DNA from: Chrysomallon squamiferum
Taxonomy: Eukaryota > Animalia > Mollusca
Assembly (NCBI GenBank): GCA_012295275.1
Contig: CM022672.1
Coordinates: 19,530,001 to 19,594,000, forward strand
Direction of reading: 5' to 3'
DNA length: 64,000 nucleotides
This document shows positions 39,812 through 52,899 of this stretch, one piece after another. Under the pieces are notes generated by a model that worked only from the letters and a program-made list of their open reading frames with translations, had not been told where the DNA came from and searched no databases. The translations under genes were made by a program, and so were the position numbers. Each line of letters starts with the position of its first letter. Positions within the stretch are counted from its first letter, which is position 1.

Positions 39812-40924
39812 CACAAAATCAGTTGTAATAATATAACAAATAAATGCAAATTCAAACTCAGCAATACATCGATTATTATCCACTCAGTATCAGTTTCTTT
39901 TCCCCTGCTTATACACAGCAGTTCCACGCAGATATTAGCGAAAATTAATTTAGACAGCGTTTATATATTTATTTATTTTTAGAATTAAAATAATCTTTTT
40001 TTTATCTAAATTTTACAATTATACAACTGACAGAAAGCTCACTGATGTAAAAAAAAAAAAAAAAATAAGCACAACAACGATAACATCATCGTCATTATTA
40101 TCACATTCAAAGATAATATAATAATAACAGTAAAATTTAAAAATATACATTAAAATTAATTCATTAAACAAAATTAATATATATCAGCTATAACTTAGAG
40201 AGTTATATTCAAGAATAATTATTTGCATATATATATATATGTATATTTATTTATTTTTATTTTTATTTTTTTTAGCGACCCCTGGTACAACTTACCCAAA
40301 AGGATGTGCAGATTCGCCATTTTACCCATGCAAAGTTTCAAAACAAGAAATTTGTGCAAACGACTTCTTAGCAATAAATTTTTGCGAACGGACTTGTAAT
40401 GTCGGTAGATGTTTGGTCACAGGTAGGTGAATTACTGAATTATAGCATCAGATTGAGGCTACGCCTTTGAAAACACGTCACTGTACACACACACACACAC
40501 AGAGACACCAAGACACAGAGAAATTGTTACACAACACGTACACACGTAAAAGCAAATTCGTATTTTACATTATACGTATATGTCTGTCTGTCTCTGTATA
40601 CGTGTGAGTGTGATATGCGACTCTATATTTACAAACGTACGTATGTCTCTTTATATGTGTATTTACGCCCACATTTGCATGTGTGTATATATTCATGTAT
40701 GTGTTCAACTGTATGCTCGTCTGTTTTATATATATATATATATATTATGTATTATTATTATTATTATTATTATTCCAGACATGACGTCGTCAACACCTCC
40801 AACCACGACTGAATCGTCTACTTGTGTTGATTCAGATGAGTTTCCATGCTCGACATTTCACGACATTTGTTCTGATGTCGAACTGGCTAAACTTAATTGT
40901 CCAAAGATGTGTAATTTATGTTAA
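34519..40924 (+). CDS. Secreted Cys-rich protein, about 297 aa: signal peptide, 2 Ly6/uPAR (three-finger)-like domains, Thr-rich linkers, 2 ShK-like domains
   Basis: Exons 34519-34561 (MLLPLLLIATTFLS), 35860-35948, 37326-37382, 37932-38061, 38585-38679, 39033-39092, 39516-39642, 40276-40422, 40779-40924 (894 nt, in frame). Each 12-Cys domain starts LxCPxC and ends CC-x4-C. ShK-like segments: CADSPFYPC..C..CERTCNVGRC and CVDSDEFPC..C..CPKMCNLC. Confidence 0.8.
36680..36893. mobile_element. MITE-like non-autonomous DNA transposon
   Basis: Imperfect TIRs CATGGCCGTAACTAG and GTAGTTACGAACATG, with inner inverted CAAATGAGGTAAA / TTTGCCTCATTTG; TSD not clear. Confidence 0.55.
39746..39810. repeat. 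(GT)n microsatellite (another at 37742-37784)
   Basis: Seen directly. Confidence 0.95.
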
Positions 40925-41163
40925 TACAACAAAAACAAATTGACACATCTGGGGTTTTTTTTTAAATTTGATTCACCGACAGGGATATGTAGTTCGTTCC
41001 GCTAATAATCTTGGATTTACTATTTATAAAAAAAACCAAAAAAAACTATGACATAAATGTTGTTTATTTTTTTTGGTATTTATCAATGATTGTGTTTCAT
41101 TCTGTAAATGTCACTTATAAAAGATCAGTTAGGCAGTATTTATATTGATACACAAATAAATAA

Positions 41164-41212
<49 letters not shown>

Positions 41213-42595
41213 TAATAAAAAAAATAATAATAAAAAAATAAAAATAAAAAAATAAACAAAAAAATAAATAAAATAAAATAAATAAATACTAAGAATGACG
41301 CCAAAGCAATATGACAATTCAAAAGAAATCATTTAATTTATGAGTTGTACACATAAATACAGTACTGCTGTAAATAAATGAATGAATGTTTAAGAAGACA
41401 TCAACACATTTCAATATTTATATTTATTAAGTATCACAAATATAATTTTAGAACAGCGATGTCTCAACGAGAAATTCTAGTCACTCTAACGACCATTTAT
41501 TGTCAGCAAGGGATATTTTATGTTAACACACCAAAAGTTTTGCTGCAGTGAGTGTGGAGCAATAGTTGGAATGGTAATTAAAAGAGAAATAATTTGGGGA
41601 TCCAACACACCACTCAGATACAGAGCGTTCTTTCAATATTGCACTGGAAATGTTCTTAAAAATTAAATACATAGATACGTATGTATTCATACATATGTAT
41701 TCGTGTATGCATACGTACATACATAAACACACATACACACAAAAATACATACAAACATAAATACATACGTACATACAAACATAAATACATACGTACATAC
41801 ATACATACATCCCCCACACATACATACATAATAACTGATTTGAGGTTTTTCATATACTGAAAAAAAATTTAAGATCTTTTCAGTGTTCAAAGAAATGGGT
41901 TTTTTTAAAGGGTAAATTAAATTCTAAGATATTCGTTATCGAAATAATTATACATATATCTAGAAGAAATCATATAAAATGCGGAAATTGGTGTTCAAAA
42001 CGTGAATATTTACACAAGGGAGATAATGCTTAAAAAAACTGATAACATTTTTTTCCCCTCAAGAAAAGTAGTTACTTAACTTTATATTAGTTTTTATATA
42101 TGTTTATTTATGGCTGCATACTAATAATGGCTGCCAAACTCATTTTAATTATTTGCTTTAATTTAATTATTTATTTTATTTGTGTTAATATGCTAAATAT
42201 TTTATTTTATTTTATTTTATTTCATTTAATTTGATGTTAATATGCTAAATATTTGTATTTGTATATTTATTATTATTCAGTTATTTTAGTTTTTGTTTCT
42301 GATATTGCTAAATGATACGTATTTAACAATACTTTGTGAGTGTTAACAAGACACAAATGTGAAATCTGCGTACGTATGATTGGTTATCTCTCTCTCTCTC
42401 TCTCTGACTTCAACTATAACACCCAGGTCCTTCATTTAAAGAAATTCAGAAACATCTGTAAAATAAAAATGTTTTCTTTCTATTCTGTAAATTTCTTCTT
42501 CTTTTTAAAATATTAATATTTATTTACATACAATTTTATGCATCATAATTTCCGATTTTTTATATACTTTTAATTAAAACTTACTTATCAAAAAC

Positions 42596-42643
<48 letters not shown>

Positions 42644-43014
42644 TTATGTATTTTTAAACTACATAATAATATACTGAATTTCAGTGATAGGTAGCAATAA
42701 TTCATGTTATTCTCTAAACAATCGTCGATTAAGTCTAACACTGACACGGAAACGATTTCGGATTTGCCAAGAGAAATCTAACCTAATTTCACATTTGTTA
42801 AATTTAATAAGTATTCTTTAAAAAGATAATAAAACGATTATATCGTATGTATGAGTTGCCTTTGTTGCAGACTTCAGTTAATTTGTTTTAATATAAATGC
42901 AAATAAAGATGACTGCAAATGATTTATTTTGTTGTTTTCTTTTCTTTCATTTTTTTCTTTTTCTTTTTCTCGGAATCTCCAGCTCCCGCTAAGCAGGTGC
43001 TTGTTCCACATTCA

Positions 43015-43240
43015 CACAATAGATGGCGTTGATGCGAAGTTCTGTGACGTCAGAATACCATATACGGAATGGGGTTAATTAAGCTCAATGTAAATGACAA
43101 CAGAAGAAACGCAAATCGGTCAGCTTGTTTTGTGAGAGTTGACAGTTTTTACAGTGTATTGTATTGTACGGGAATTCACAGATCAAAAGGATCGTTACCG
43201 TGTTTCGCAAGGGATTTCGGATACTAAATTTCACACGTGG
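43015..43240 (+). promoter_or_regulatory. Probable promoter with CRE, CArG-like box and E-box
   Basis: TGACGTCA 43045-43052, CCATATACGG 43058-43067, CACGTG 43234-43239, and CTCF/YY1-like ATAGATGGCG near 43019. The segment 43000-43900 is CpG-enriched. Confidence 0.5.
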
Positions 43241-43901
43241 GAACTCTTATTTTCGCTGTTTTTTTCCTAGGTTAGCCTAATGTTAGAATACGGATAAACC
43301 TTCAGTTAGAACGTCATTAAGGTTTGTGTTGATTTTTTCTAAGAAATCTGCGATTTTGTTTGTCAGTTTATATTATTATTGTATATAGCGTGTAATCCAT
43401 TTCCTGACAGCAAAAAGTCTTGTTGTGCATTTGCAGATCAGTTTGTTATAGAATTCAAAACATGATCAAGATTTAGAATATCGGGCAGTGGTCAATTTGC
43501 CCGCCATCTTGGGCTCGCGACCTCGGTTTGGACATGAACGAGGGCGTGATGTTTTGTTTATGTGGCCTCTAGATCGGACGGACTTGGCCTTTAGCTAATT
43601 GTTCTTTCATTCTTCCTAAAACTGACAAAATAAATACTTCAGTGATTCGCACTCGATCTGCTGCTTAATATGACAGCGCACACAATTAACATTTATCGAA
43701 TCGTTAAAATATAAATATCCCACGGAACATCACGATAAATGGATTTATAATAATAAACAAACTGGACATGTTTGCCCTTGCTTGACACTTATTGTGTACT
43801 TTTCTTTGCAGCAAATACGACATGTTGTCGTGGTTGGACACCTAAGTGTCACAGCCTTCTTCAGAGAACACAGGTCTAGCCCACGTTGTGATCGGGCCAA
43901 C

Positions 43902-43968
43902 ATGCAGCCCAGTGCATGTTACATCTTGATAATATTTCTGTGTTTTCATGAGGCTGGCACAGGCAAAG
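43902..43968 (+). CDS. Signal-peptide-encoding first coding exon of an unidentified gene, followed by a long intron
   Basis: Acceptor TTTGCAG at about 43811, ATG in AACATGC context, MQPSACYILIIFLCFHEAGTGK, and a strong phase-1 donor AAG|GTGAGT. Confidence 0.55.
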
Positions 43969-45769
43969 GTGAGTACTTGGATGTGGGGGTAGTAATGTTT
44001 TGTTTAGCATCAAAACTAGTTAAAGCATGCGAATCATGGACAACATTAGATTCCTTCATAAGAAAGTCCTGTTTAAGAAAAGGATATTCAATTTGGAATT
44101 AATGTTATAAGAAACAATACTGTGTTTTTGTTTATTTACAAGCTATTTTAAACAAAATTACTTGATGTTACTCACCCTATCCCAACCCCCTCAAATAAAA
44201 CCAACAGCAAAAAAATACCTCCCCAAGCATAAATATTATACCTTTAAAAATAAAATAAAAATGCTAAAAATAAAACTCTTTCAAAAAAGTAAAAATATAA
44301 TGAATGTTGTATAAACAAAATCACTGTATGTTTAAATATAAGTTTAAAAAATTTATTCAGACTTGTACAAAAATTTCAGCATAATGTTTACTGATGATGA
44401 TAGGTAATAAATACTATTTTAAAACTGTCTCATATCCTTTTGTAAAAAAAACCCCAATGAAAGTATTCTTAAAATTGGTTTTCTTTTAGTAGAACAAAGA
44501 TAGTAAAACTAGAATTATTTTAATAGTATACCAAAATCAGTATATATATGTTACATACGTATGTATGTACATACAGACACACAGAGATGAAACAAATTGA
44601 GGTATACAATTACATTGGATTAAATTATTATTTTTTAAGATATACACAAAACGGATTTTATTACCATGAAAAAAAAATTAGATGCTAAGTTTTGTTATAC
44701 GTCTCTGTTACATTTCTGATACTGCGAGATAAGTTACATCAGTGAACAGTTTTTCTGTATGTGTCATTATGTAACTGTTGACAGTAACATTATATCTGCA
44801 TTATTTAAAAAAAAAAAGAAATATATATATATCTAGGGTATTAAATTTTTTTGTCACTGTTAATCTAGATGTTGAGTTTCTTATAGGTGACATTTAATTT
44901 CTGGTGAAAAACAATACAGTTGTATCTTTATCAGTGAATCTGGGATTCACAGTGTCATTAAAAAGTCCTTGTGCAGTTTTATATGTTAACAATAAACATA
45001 TTCAAAAGATTTAAAAATTCTTTTCCCTTATGCTTTTTAAGGATCAGTTCTGCCATACACAGATCACAACTGACACAAGTTACCAAAATTTTAACATTGC
45101 CCAAGGACTTTATAACGACCCTGTATAAATGTGGGATGTAAGGTATTCAAGATATGTGTGAAATTTAGTGTATGATGTAGGTTTACAATATATCTGTGAG
45201 ATTACAAATATATGCAGTTCATGTATGTTACAAGTGTATGATAATGACATGTATGAAGTACATGATATATGTGAGATGCAGGTATTTGGTATAAGATAGG
45301 TATATGATATGTGTGATATGTGTACCTGTATATGTGTATTTAATAAAACTGCTATATGATTTGTTTTGGCACTTAAATAATGACATTTATTTCTTTGGTA
45401 CCAATATATAATTAATTACAAGTTTTGTTTTATTTTATTTTCAGTTTAATTTATTGTTGTATAAAATACGCTATTCTGGCACTATGTCCTGCAGTTAGAG
45501 TTTACACATTAATGGATTGTATGTACTGAGAAAAATCATTAAAGCAAATATTTTCTGAGCTAATAGTGGAGTACACATTATACTGCATACATTTATGATC
45601 TTAGCTATGTGAATTTATCTACTTCTGTGGATTGTTAATTTATATTATTGCAACTGATACAGTTCAACCTGTCACAGAGTACTGAACAAAGGCAGAACAC
45701 TCATTATAAACTTGATGTTTTGTATTTTGTTTTAAATCCTTACTTAAAGCTGGTAATTATGTAATACAT

Positions 45770-46430
45770 TTACCTGTATATATATTTTACTTCTTACCTG
45801 TAAGTATACATTTTACAACTTATCTAAATATTGCAGATTACCTTGTAAATATAAATAACAAATTACCTGCAAACACAAATAGATTAATTGTAAATATAAA
45901 TGACAAATTACCTGTAAACACAAATCACAGAGTTTTTGTAATATATAAACCACAGATTACCTGTAAATATTAATATAAATATAAATTATGGTTTACCTGT
46001 AAACATAAATAAGAGATAAACATAAATATGAATTGTGGTTTACCTGTAAAAATAAATCATAGATTATCAGTAAATATAAGCCACAGGTTACCTGCAAGTA
46101 TAAATTACAGATTAGCTGTAAGCATAAATCACAGATTACCTGTAAACATTCATAATAGATTACCTGTAAGCATAAATAATAAACTGTAAACATGAGTAAT
46201 AGATTACTTGTAGATGTAAATCACAGATTACCTGTAAATATAAATGATAGATTACCTGTAAATATAAATCACATATTTATGATATTACTGTTTATAAGTA
46301 TAAATTGCAGGATACCTGTAAATATAAATTACAGATTACCTGTTAACATAAATCATAAACTATATGTAACATATTACCAGGATACACATGCAATTTCAGT
46401 ATGAGTCAGATTACTTGTACCTGTACACAT
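45770..46430. repeat. Degenerate 24-bp minisatellite AAATATAAATCACAGATTACCTGT
   Basis: Seen directly, roughly 25 copies. It explains the ORFs at 45993-46404. Confidence 0.9.
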
Positions 46431-47934
46431 AAATATTGTCTGTATAAATCTGTTACACATTATCTATATCAGTATTAATTTTATACACCTATATTTATGT
46501 ATTCACAAATAGCCTATTCATAATTATCACAAATTAATAAGTACATATTTATTTCGGTGTATATTTCAGATTAACGTTACACACACATATATTATCTGTC
46601 ACATACATATTACCTGCATTTATTTATCTCAGAGAATAATATGCAATTTATGTTACCACATATATTATCTGTTCACATGCATGTACAAATAAATCCTGTA
46701 TTAGATGTGTATGGATTCATCAAGGATTTCATAATTATTATTATGTATTATCTGAACACATAAGTACCTGTGGTTAATGCATTTAAATGATTTTATTTAT
46801 CTTTTTAAAACATTCTGTGGCTGTATATGTTGTAATGTATTTACTCCTCCCATTTTCCCACATGTAGATCATGGGATCTTGTTATTTTCACTGTTTAAAT
46901 GGAATTTTTCAATTATTATTATTTTTAGGACGCATTTATCGTCTTTCACTGGATAATAAGAACAAAGCTGTGTTCCTGAAAGCAAAACAGATTATTTTTA
47001 AGAAACAAAAAAAATAAATGAATGGAAATGTACATAAACTATCAATCACATATCTGAAGAAAAAAAAAGAAAAAGAATAAGCAAGACAACATAGAATAAG
47101 TAAATGTATAAGAAATTAAACAAATGCAAAAAATTAACATTAAAATTGATCTTGGATTGGAACCCAATATCTCAAGATTCTCAAACCTTTTGTAATAACG
47201 ACAATACTGCCAATTAGCAGAAATGAAAAGCTTTTTGCATACTCTCCTGCACACACGATCCCCAAGGACCAACAAGCAGCACACGTCAGATGCTTGTTAA
47301 ACCCGAGGTGGGGGGTCACTGACTTACTGTGTGTGGGATTTACACCATTCTTCACAGTCATGCGGTGTGCTCCCTGGGTGGGACATCCAAAACCTTACCC
47401 ACATTAGATGTGTTGACAGTTGCATTGTGCCCGTGAGTAGATGGGTATGTATAGGTCAGTTAGTATTTGATCAGGCGTACACAGGATCAGAGTTCATAGA
47501 TGGAACTTGTACATTTAAAATCCATACACCTCATATAAGTTAATCTCCTACGATGAATGTCACAGTCTGATCATGTTAAGATAAACAACTTGAGAGGTGA
47601 TCAGATGTTTGTATTATCCCGTTTAAAGGTAAAATATACCGCAAATTAATGAGTGTCTCTTAGAATGTATTTTGGTGTATTGATAAAAGGATGGCTTTGT
47701 AAAATATGTTAATAATTAATGAAAGGCTCACATAATGTTGTGTAATAATGAAGGGTTGATAAAAATAACCAGGAATAAATGAATGGTTCCTGGAATGTTA
47801 AGTAATAGTCAATGGTTGATACAAATACTAGGGATTTAATGAAGGGCACATAGAATGTTAAGTAGTGATATCAGGTATTGATGAAGGGTTTATCAAATGT
47901 TAAGTACTAATAAAGAGCTTGTAAAATAATAGTT

Positions 47935-48620
47935 CTGTAATGATGAAATATTAGAATGTTCGGCAATGGTGAAATTTTATTAGAATGCTCTGTAAGGTTG
48001 AAATATTAATAGAATGTTCTGTAATTGTGAAATATTAGTAGAATGTTGTGTAATGATAAAATATTAGTAGAATGTTCTATAATGATGAAATATTGGTAGA
48101 ATGTTGTGTAATGGTGAAATGTTAGTAGAATCTTACGTAATGATGAAATTAGTAGAATGTGTAATGGTGAACTTAGTAGAATATTATGTAATGGTGAAAT
48201 GTTAGTAGAAATTTATGTAATGATGAAATATTAGTAGAATGTTCTATAATGATGAAATATTGGTAGAATGTTCTGTTATGATGAAATATTGGTAGAATAT
48301 TATGTATTGATGAAATAGTGGTAGAATATTCTGTAATGATGAAATGTTGGTAGAATGTTGTGTAAAGGTGGAAGTAGAATGTTCTATAATGATGAAATAT
48401 TAGTTGAATATTCTGTAATTGTGAAATAGTAGAATGTTGTGTAATGGTAAAATATTGGTAGAATGTTCTGTAATGATGAAATATTGGTAGAATGTTGTAT
48501 AATGATGAAATATTGGTAGAATGTTGTGTAAAGGTGAAAGTAGAATGTTCTATAATGATGAAATATTAGTTGAATATTCTGTAATGGTGAAATTTTAGTA
48601 GAATGTTGTGTAATGGTAAA
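47935..48620. repeat. About 29-bp minisatellite GTAGAATGTTCTGTAATGATGAAATATTG
   Basis: Seen directly, more than 20 copies, decaying leftward to about 47650. Confidence 0.95.
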
Positions 48621-48747
48621 GAGCTATTGAAAAACCCACCAATACAATTTGAAAGAAAAGTAATATTAGTGCTTATGATGCAATGATGAAAAATAAACAA
48701 AAAGATGATGAAAGTGGTATTGTTGTATATGTATGTATATATATGTA

Positions 48748-48778
<31 letters not shown>

Positions 48779-48831
48779 ATATGTATATATATATGTACGT
48801 ATGTATGTATGTGTGTATGTGTGTGTGTATG

Positions 48832-48864
<33 letters not shown>

Positions 48865-49210
48865 GTAAGTTCTTTTATATAGTGTATTTTTCACATATAT
48901 GTATATATTTTTCCATTTAATGTTCTGGCTATGTTGAAATTATGTTAATAATCACATACAAGTTCATATCATCATGTGCTTTTCGGAGCAAGCTTACTGT
49001 GTTGCAGAGATATTTATGAGTATTGTAGAGAAGTTACATCTCAGATCAAATGTTAACTTCCTCATTGCTCTCATTATAACACGATCCACACTGCCAGATG
49101 TCTCTAATCAGTTTTTCACTGAAGAAGAAATACTTCATTTAATTACATATTTTACATTTTATATGTATTTATATATGTATGTATAATATATATATATGTA
49201 TATATATGTG

Positions 49211-49249
<39 letters not shown>

Positions 49250-50664
49250 ATATAAGTATATATCATTTATGTGTAGCTATATATGTGTTTGTGTGTGTGT
49301 ATATATATAGACAGAAAGACACCACACATTTGTGTAAACACATGTGTTTGTGTGTGTGAGTGTGTGTGTTTTGTTGGTGTAAAGGTATTAATAGTATTGA
49401 TTAAGGACATCATATTAATTCTCTGAATATGTCTAAAATTGTTTTTGTATCTAACTACTGTCTTTTGTGTAGCCCATATTTGCTCCTCTGTGAATGTCTA
49501 TATCTATCTTGCTTTCTCTGTCTGTCTATGTAAGTAGTTTGATGAAGCCTGTGGAAATATGGTTTAAAATCACAGGTATATCTTTGTAGTATTTATCATA
49601 GCTTAAAACAAAATTAAAACTCCATGGAGATAATAATGGATTAAGTAATCAAGCAGTGATTTAGTAAGCTGGTGATCTTGTATTATGTAGTTAATCATTT
49701 TTTCATAACCACTTATTTCTTTCAGTCTTTAACTTGATTCTAGGTTTGGTCAAGTTTTTATTTTTCATAGTCAATAAGCTATCCAGTTCAGTTCTTTCAA
49801 ACGCTAACTTGATATTCGATGCTTGATTTCCAACTGTTCTCCTGAATATGCATGTTTTTCTTTTTCATTACTAGTGCAAGGAATATTAAACCATTTCAGG
49901 GTACTACTTACTTAATACTTGATCTGTTATTGTGGTTTAAAATTGTTTATATTTATCCCATATGAAGCTTAGCTATTACATTCTTTACAGGTTATGCTAG
50001 CTTAACACTTGACTTTTAAGTTTGACCTTTAATTGTCGAGTTTGTGGGTTTTTTTTTTTAACACGTGCAAGGGTTAATTTAATACTTTGGTTTCTAAATG
50101 TTTTCATGAATTATCAAGTTTATATTTTTAATAACCAGTGCAGCAGTTAACCACTTAAATTCTTTATTCTTGAATTGTGTAATTTGTTTTTTTGCTGCCT
50201 GTTGCAAGGGTTAAACACTTGAACCCTTTCCCCAGTACTAACCGAATACTTGATTTCTAAGTGTCGTTTTGAATTGTCAAGTTTACGTTTCTTGCAAACC
50301 AGTGTTAACCACTTAAACTCTCTTACATCAGACTTGATGCTTGATTTCATTTTCGTTGGTGTCTCACACAACTGATACATGCCCTGCCCAACACAGCCAT
50401 TAGTGTAATAAAACAAATAAAAAAAAAAAAAAAAAAAAAAAAGAGAAGCTAAATGTTTTGTTAAAGTGCATGTGGTTGGTGTAGTGTCATGCGAGAGTGT
50501 TGGAGGCTGTGTTATCACTGGTTATTTGAATAGCAATTCTCCGAAGGGTTATCTGCACTTTTTCTTTATTTATGGATAACAGAGCTAACAGGTTATCATC
50601 GTTTCACAACTTCGTGTAGTGGCTTGTTCAGATCATTTTATACACTGTTGGCATTTGGTTTCAG

Positions 50665-50742
50665 GAATATCAGTCGATGGAGTGCCCTCTGGCCACCACT
50701 GCCAGTGCATGTCCATTACCAACGGGTTCAGAAAAGCTGTAG
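50665..50742 (+). CDS. Candidate 78-nt phase 1-1 exon (GISVDGVPSGHHCQCMSITNGFRKAV) of the gene starting at 43902
   Basis: TTTCAG acceptor and GTAG|GTTACT donor. Open in the frame required by the phase-1 signal-peptide exon and GC-richer than its flanks. Confidence 0.3.
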   Translation, partial: EYQSMECPLATTASACPLPTGSEKL

Positions 50743-52899
50743 GTTACTGTGTTTAACTGCATGGCATTTTATTAGTTGAAATGAGTGCATGTTTGACTTT
50801 TTTTCATCTTTTTTTTTTTTTTTTTGAAAAGCTCAGCTAAATTAAAATTAAAATGTTTTTAAGTTAATTGTTGGTTTTTAGTTTTTTAAATTATTATTAT
50901 TATTACTATTATCATTGTTGTTATTATTTTTATTATTATTATTGTTACTATTACTATTTTTATTAATGTTGTTTTATGTTTCTTCTTCTTCTTATTATTA
51001 TTATTTGTAGTGAAAAAAGAAAAGTCAAATTAAAAGGTTAATTTTATTGTAATTAATTTTGCATGATTATTAAATCATTACTAATTGGAACCAAAAACAT
51101 CAGTGCTTTTAATTTTAATTCATATTTTAAACAACATTATTCAGGATGTTTTGTTTTGTTATTTTAAAAAAACCCACCAAAACCCCAAACATTCATAACA
51201 AGTAACATTCACAGAACAGTTGACAGTTTATGAATTATATTTCTGTAATATGACACACCTCTTTGCTGATTAATAGTATATATTAATAATGTATCAGTCA
51301 TATTTTGCTATTTCATAACACAAACACATACTCATAACATATATAAACACCACAAAAACGCACATACATATACAGATAGTGACATACACACTGATTAACA
51401 CATGAATACACACATACACAATACACATATTCACATAGACATACACATATATATCTGTACACTTCCATATAAATGCACATAAAACACAAACATATTACAT
51501 GCATACATATACAAGACATACACACATTCACTCACAGCTTTTTTTAAACATGGCATGCATTGGTAACTGAGCTGTGGGAATTAGTAAGTATTCCAGTGGG
51601 TACACTAATAAGATTTTATCTCTTATCAGCTTTCCCTCAAGCATGTTCTCTATCTCTGTGTGGAGTCTGCTCCTGCTCACTGTGAGAATGCAAGGACAGT
51701 TGTACCAGAGTTAACTTGTACATGTACAGATAACAGATAAAACAGGCTGGTGCAGATGTCCCATTGTTCTGAAATTAATTTCCCGAACAGTGTGATTGCA
51801 CTTAAATGTGATGATGCTGATTTGTAGTAGCTAATTTGAGATCGAAATGTTCAGCGTTTGCCTTGGTCGTGTGTCTTGTGCTTACGATTAAGACCAGCGT
51901 TTAAAACAAGCTGAATGCCACCTTACCCTTTTACACTGAACTGGAGCTTTTAACTTTTGCCATTATTGGTTTCCAGTCTGTTTTCAATACGGTGTCTTGT
52001 AAAGATTATTCTACAAAAATGTCTTCTGTTGTGTGTAATGTTAATTAATGAAATGTAATAACTGGGATAATCATATTTACTCACTAAGTGTGACATATGA
52101 GACTCACATCTTTTGGTATTTTCTTTATTTTGAAAAGAAAATATTAGTGTTGCTGCTCACCTATGACTACTACCAATGCTACTGCTACTGTTACTACTGC
52201 TACTACTAAATAGTAAATATAAGTAAATAAAAAAAATTGCTATAATTACTACTAGTTGTCCTGCTGCTGCTTCTAGTGCTAATATTACTACACGTACTTA
52301 TTATTGTTGTTGTTGCTGGCCTACTACTGCAACTACTACTATTACTACTGTTAAATATAAATAAATAATAAAATTGCTACGGCTGTTAGCAGTTGTCTTA
52401 CTGCCCACTGCTGCTGGTACTGTTACTACTACTACTAGTAATAATTATTGTCATTGTTATTATTATTATTATAAAAACCTTCTCTATGGATTTGTAAGAC
52501 ACTAGAACTGAATTTCCACCAAGCCTAAAAATCCAGACAGATGACCATCAAGTGTCATTACATACACTGACATCAAACTGTGTGTGAGGACTGTAAGTCA
52601 CACATGAACCTGTTCACCTAGTAACTCACTCGGTGATGGAGTAACTCCTGTGATTGTCATTCTATTTTGAGCTGATGGATAACAACACAAACACAAGTTC
52701 TTGGCCTGATTGTTGTTGCAGTATTAACAGCATTCTCCGAGGAAATCCTTGCCCTGACAACATAAAAGACAAAGCTGAGACTTACAGTGGTGTATTTCCA
52801 GGTTGACAGCTGATCATCCTTCATGATTTGACGTGAAGATGAGAAGTACATGATGATTAGTGTTGTACTGTAGTGGTGAACAAAGGAAGCAGTGTTACT

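Noticed and set aside
47130-47420. tRNA B-box-like word and GC-richer patch
   Set aside because: No cloverleaf can be built; at most a SINE remnant that I cannot define.
47935-48620. Regularly spaced repeats as a CRISPR-like or snoRNA array
   Set aside because: Units are contiguous with no unique spacers, there are no cas genes, and the context is eukaryotic; an ordinary minisatellite.
51800-51920. Possible intronic snoRNA or miRNA hairpin (GTGATGA..CTGA; TGGTC..GACCA)
   Set aside because: Pairing is short and I recognise no mature miRNA or guide sequence.
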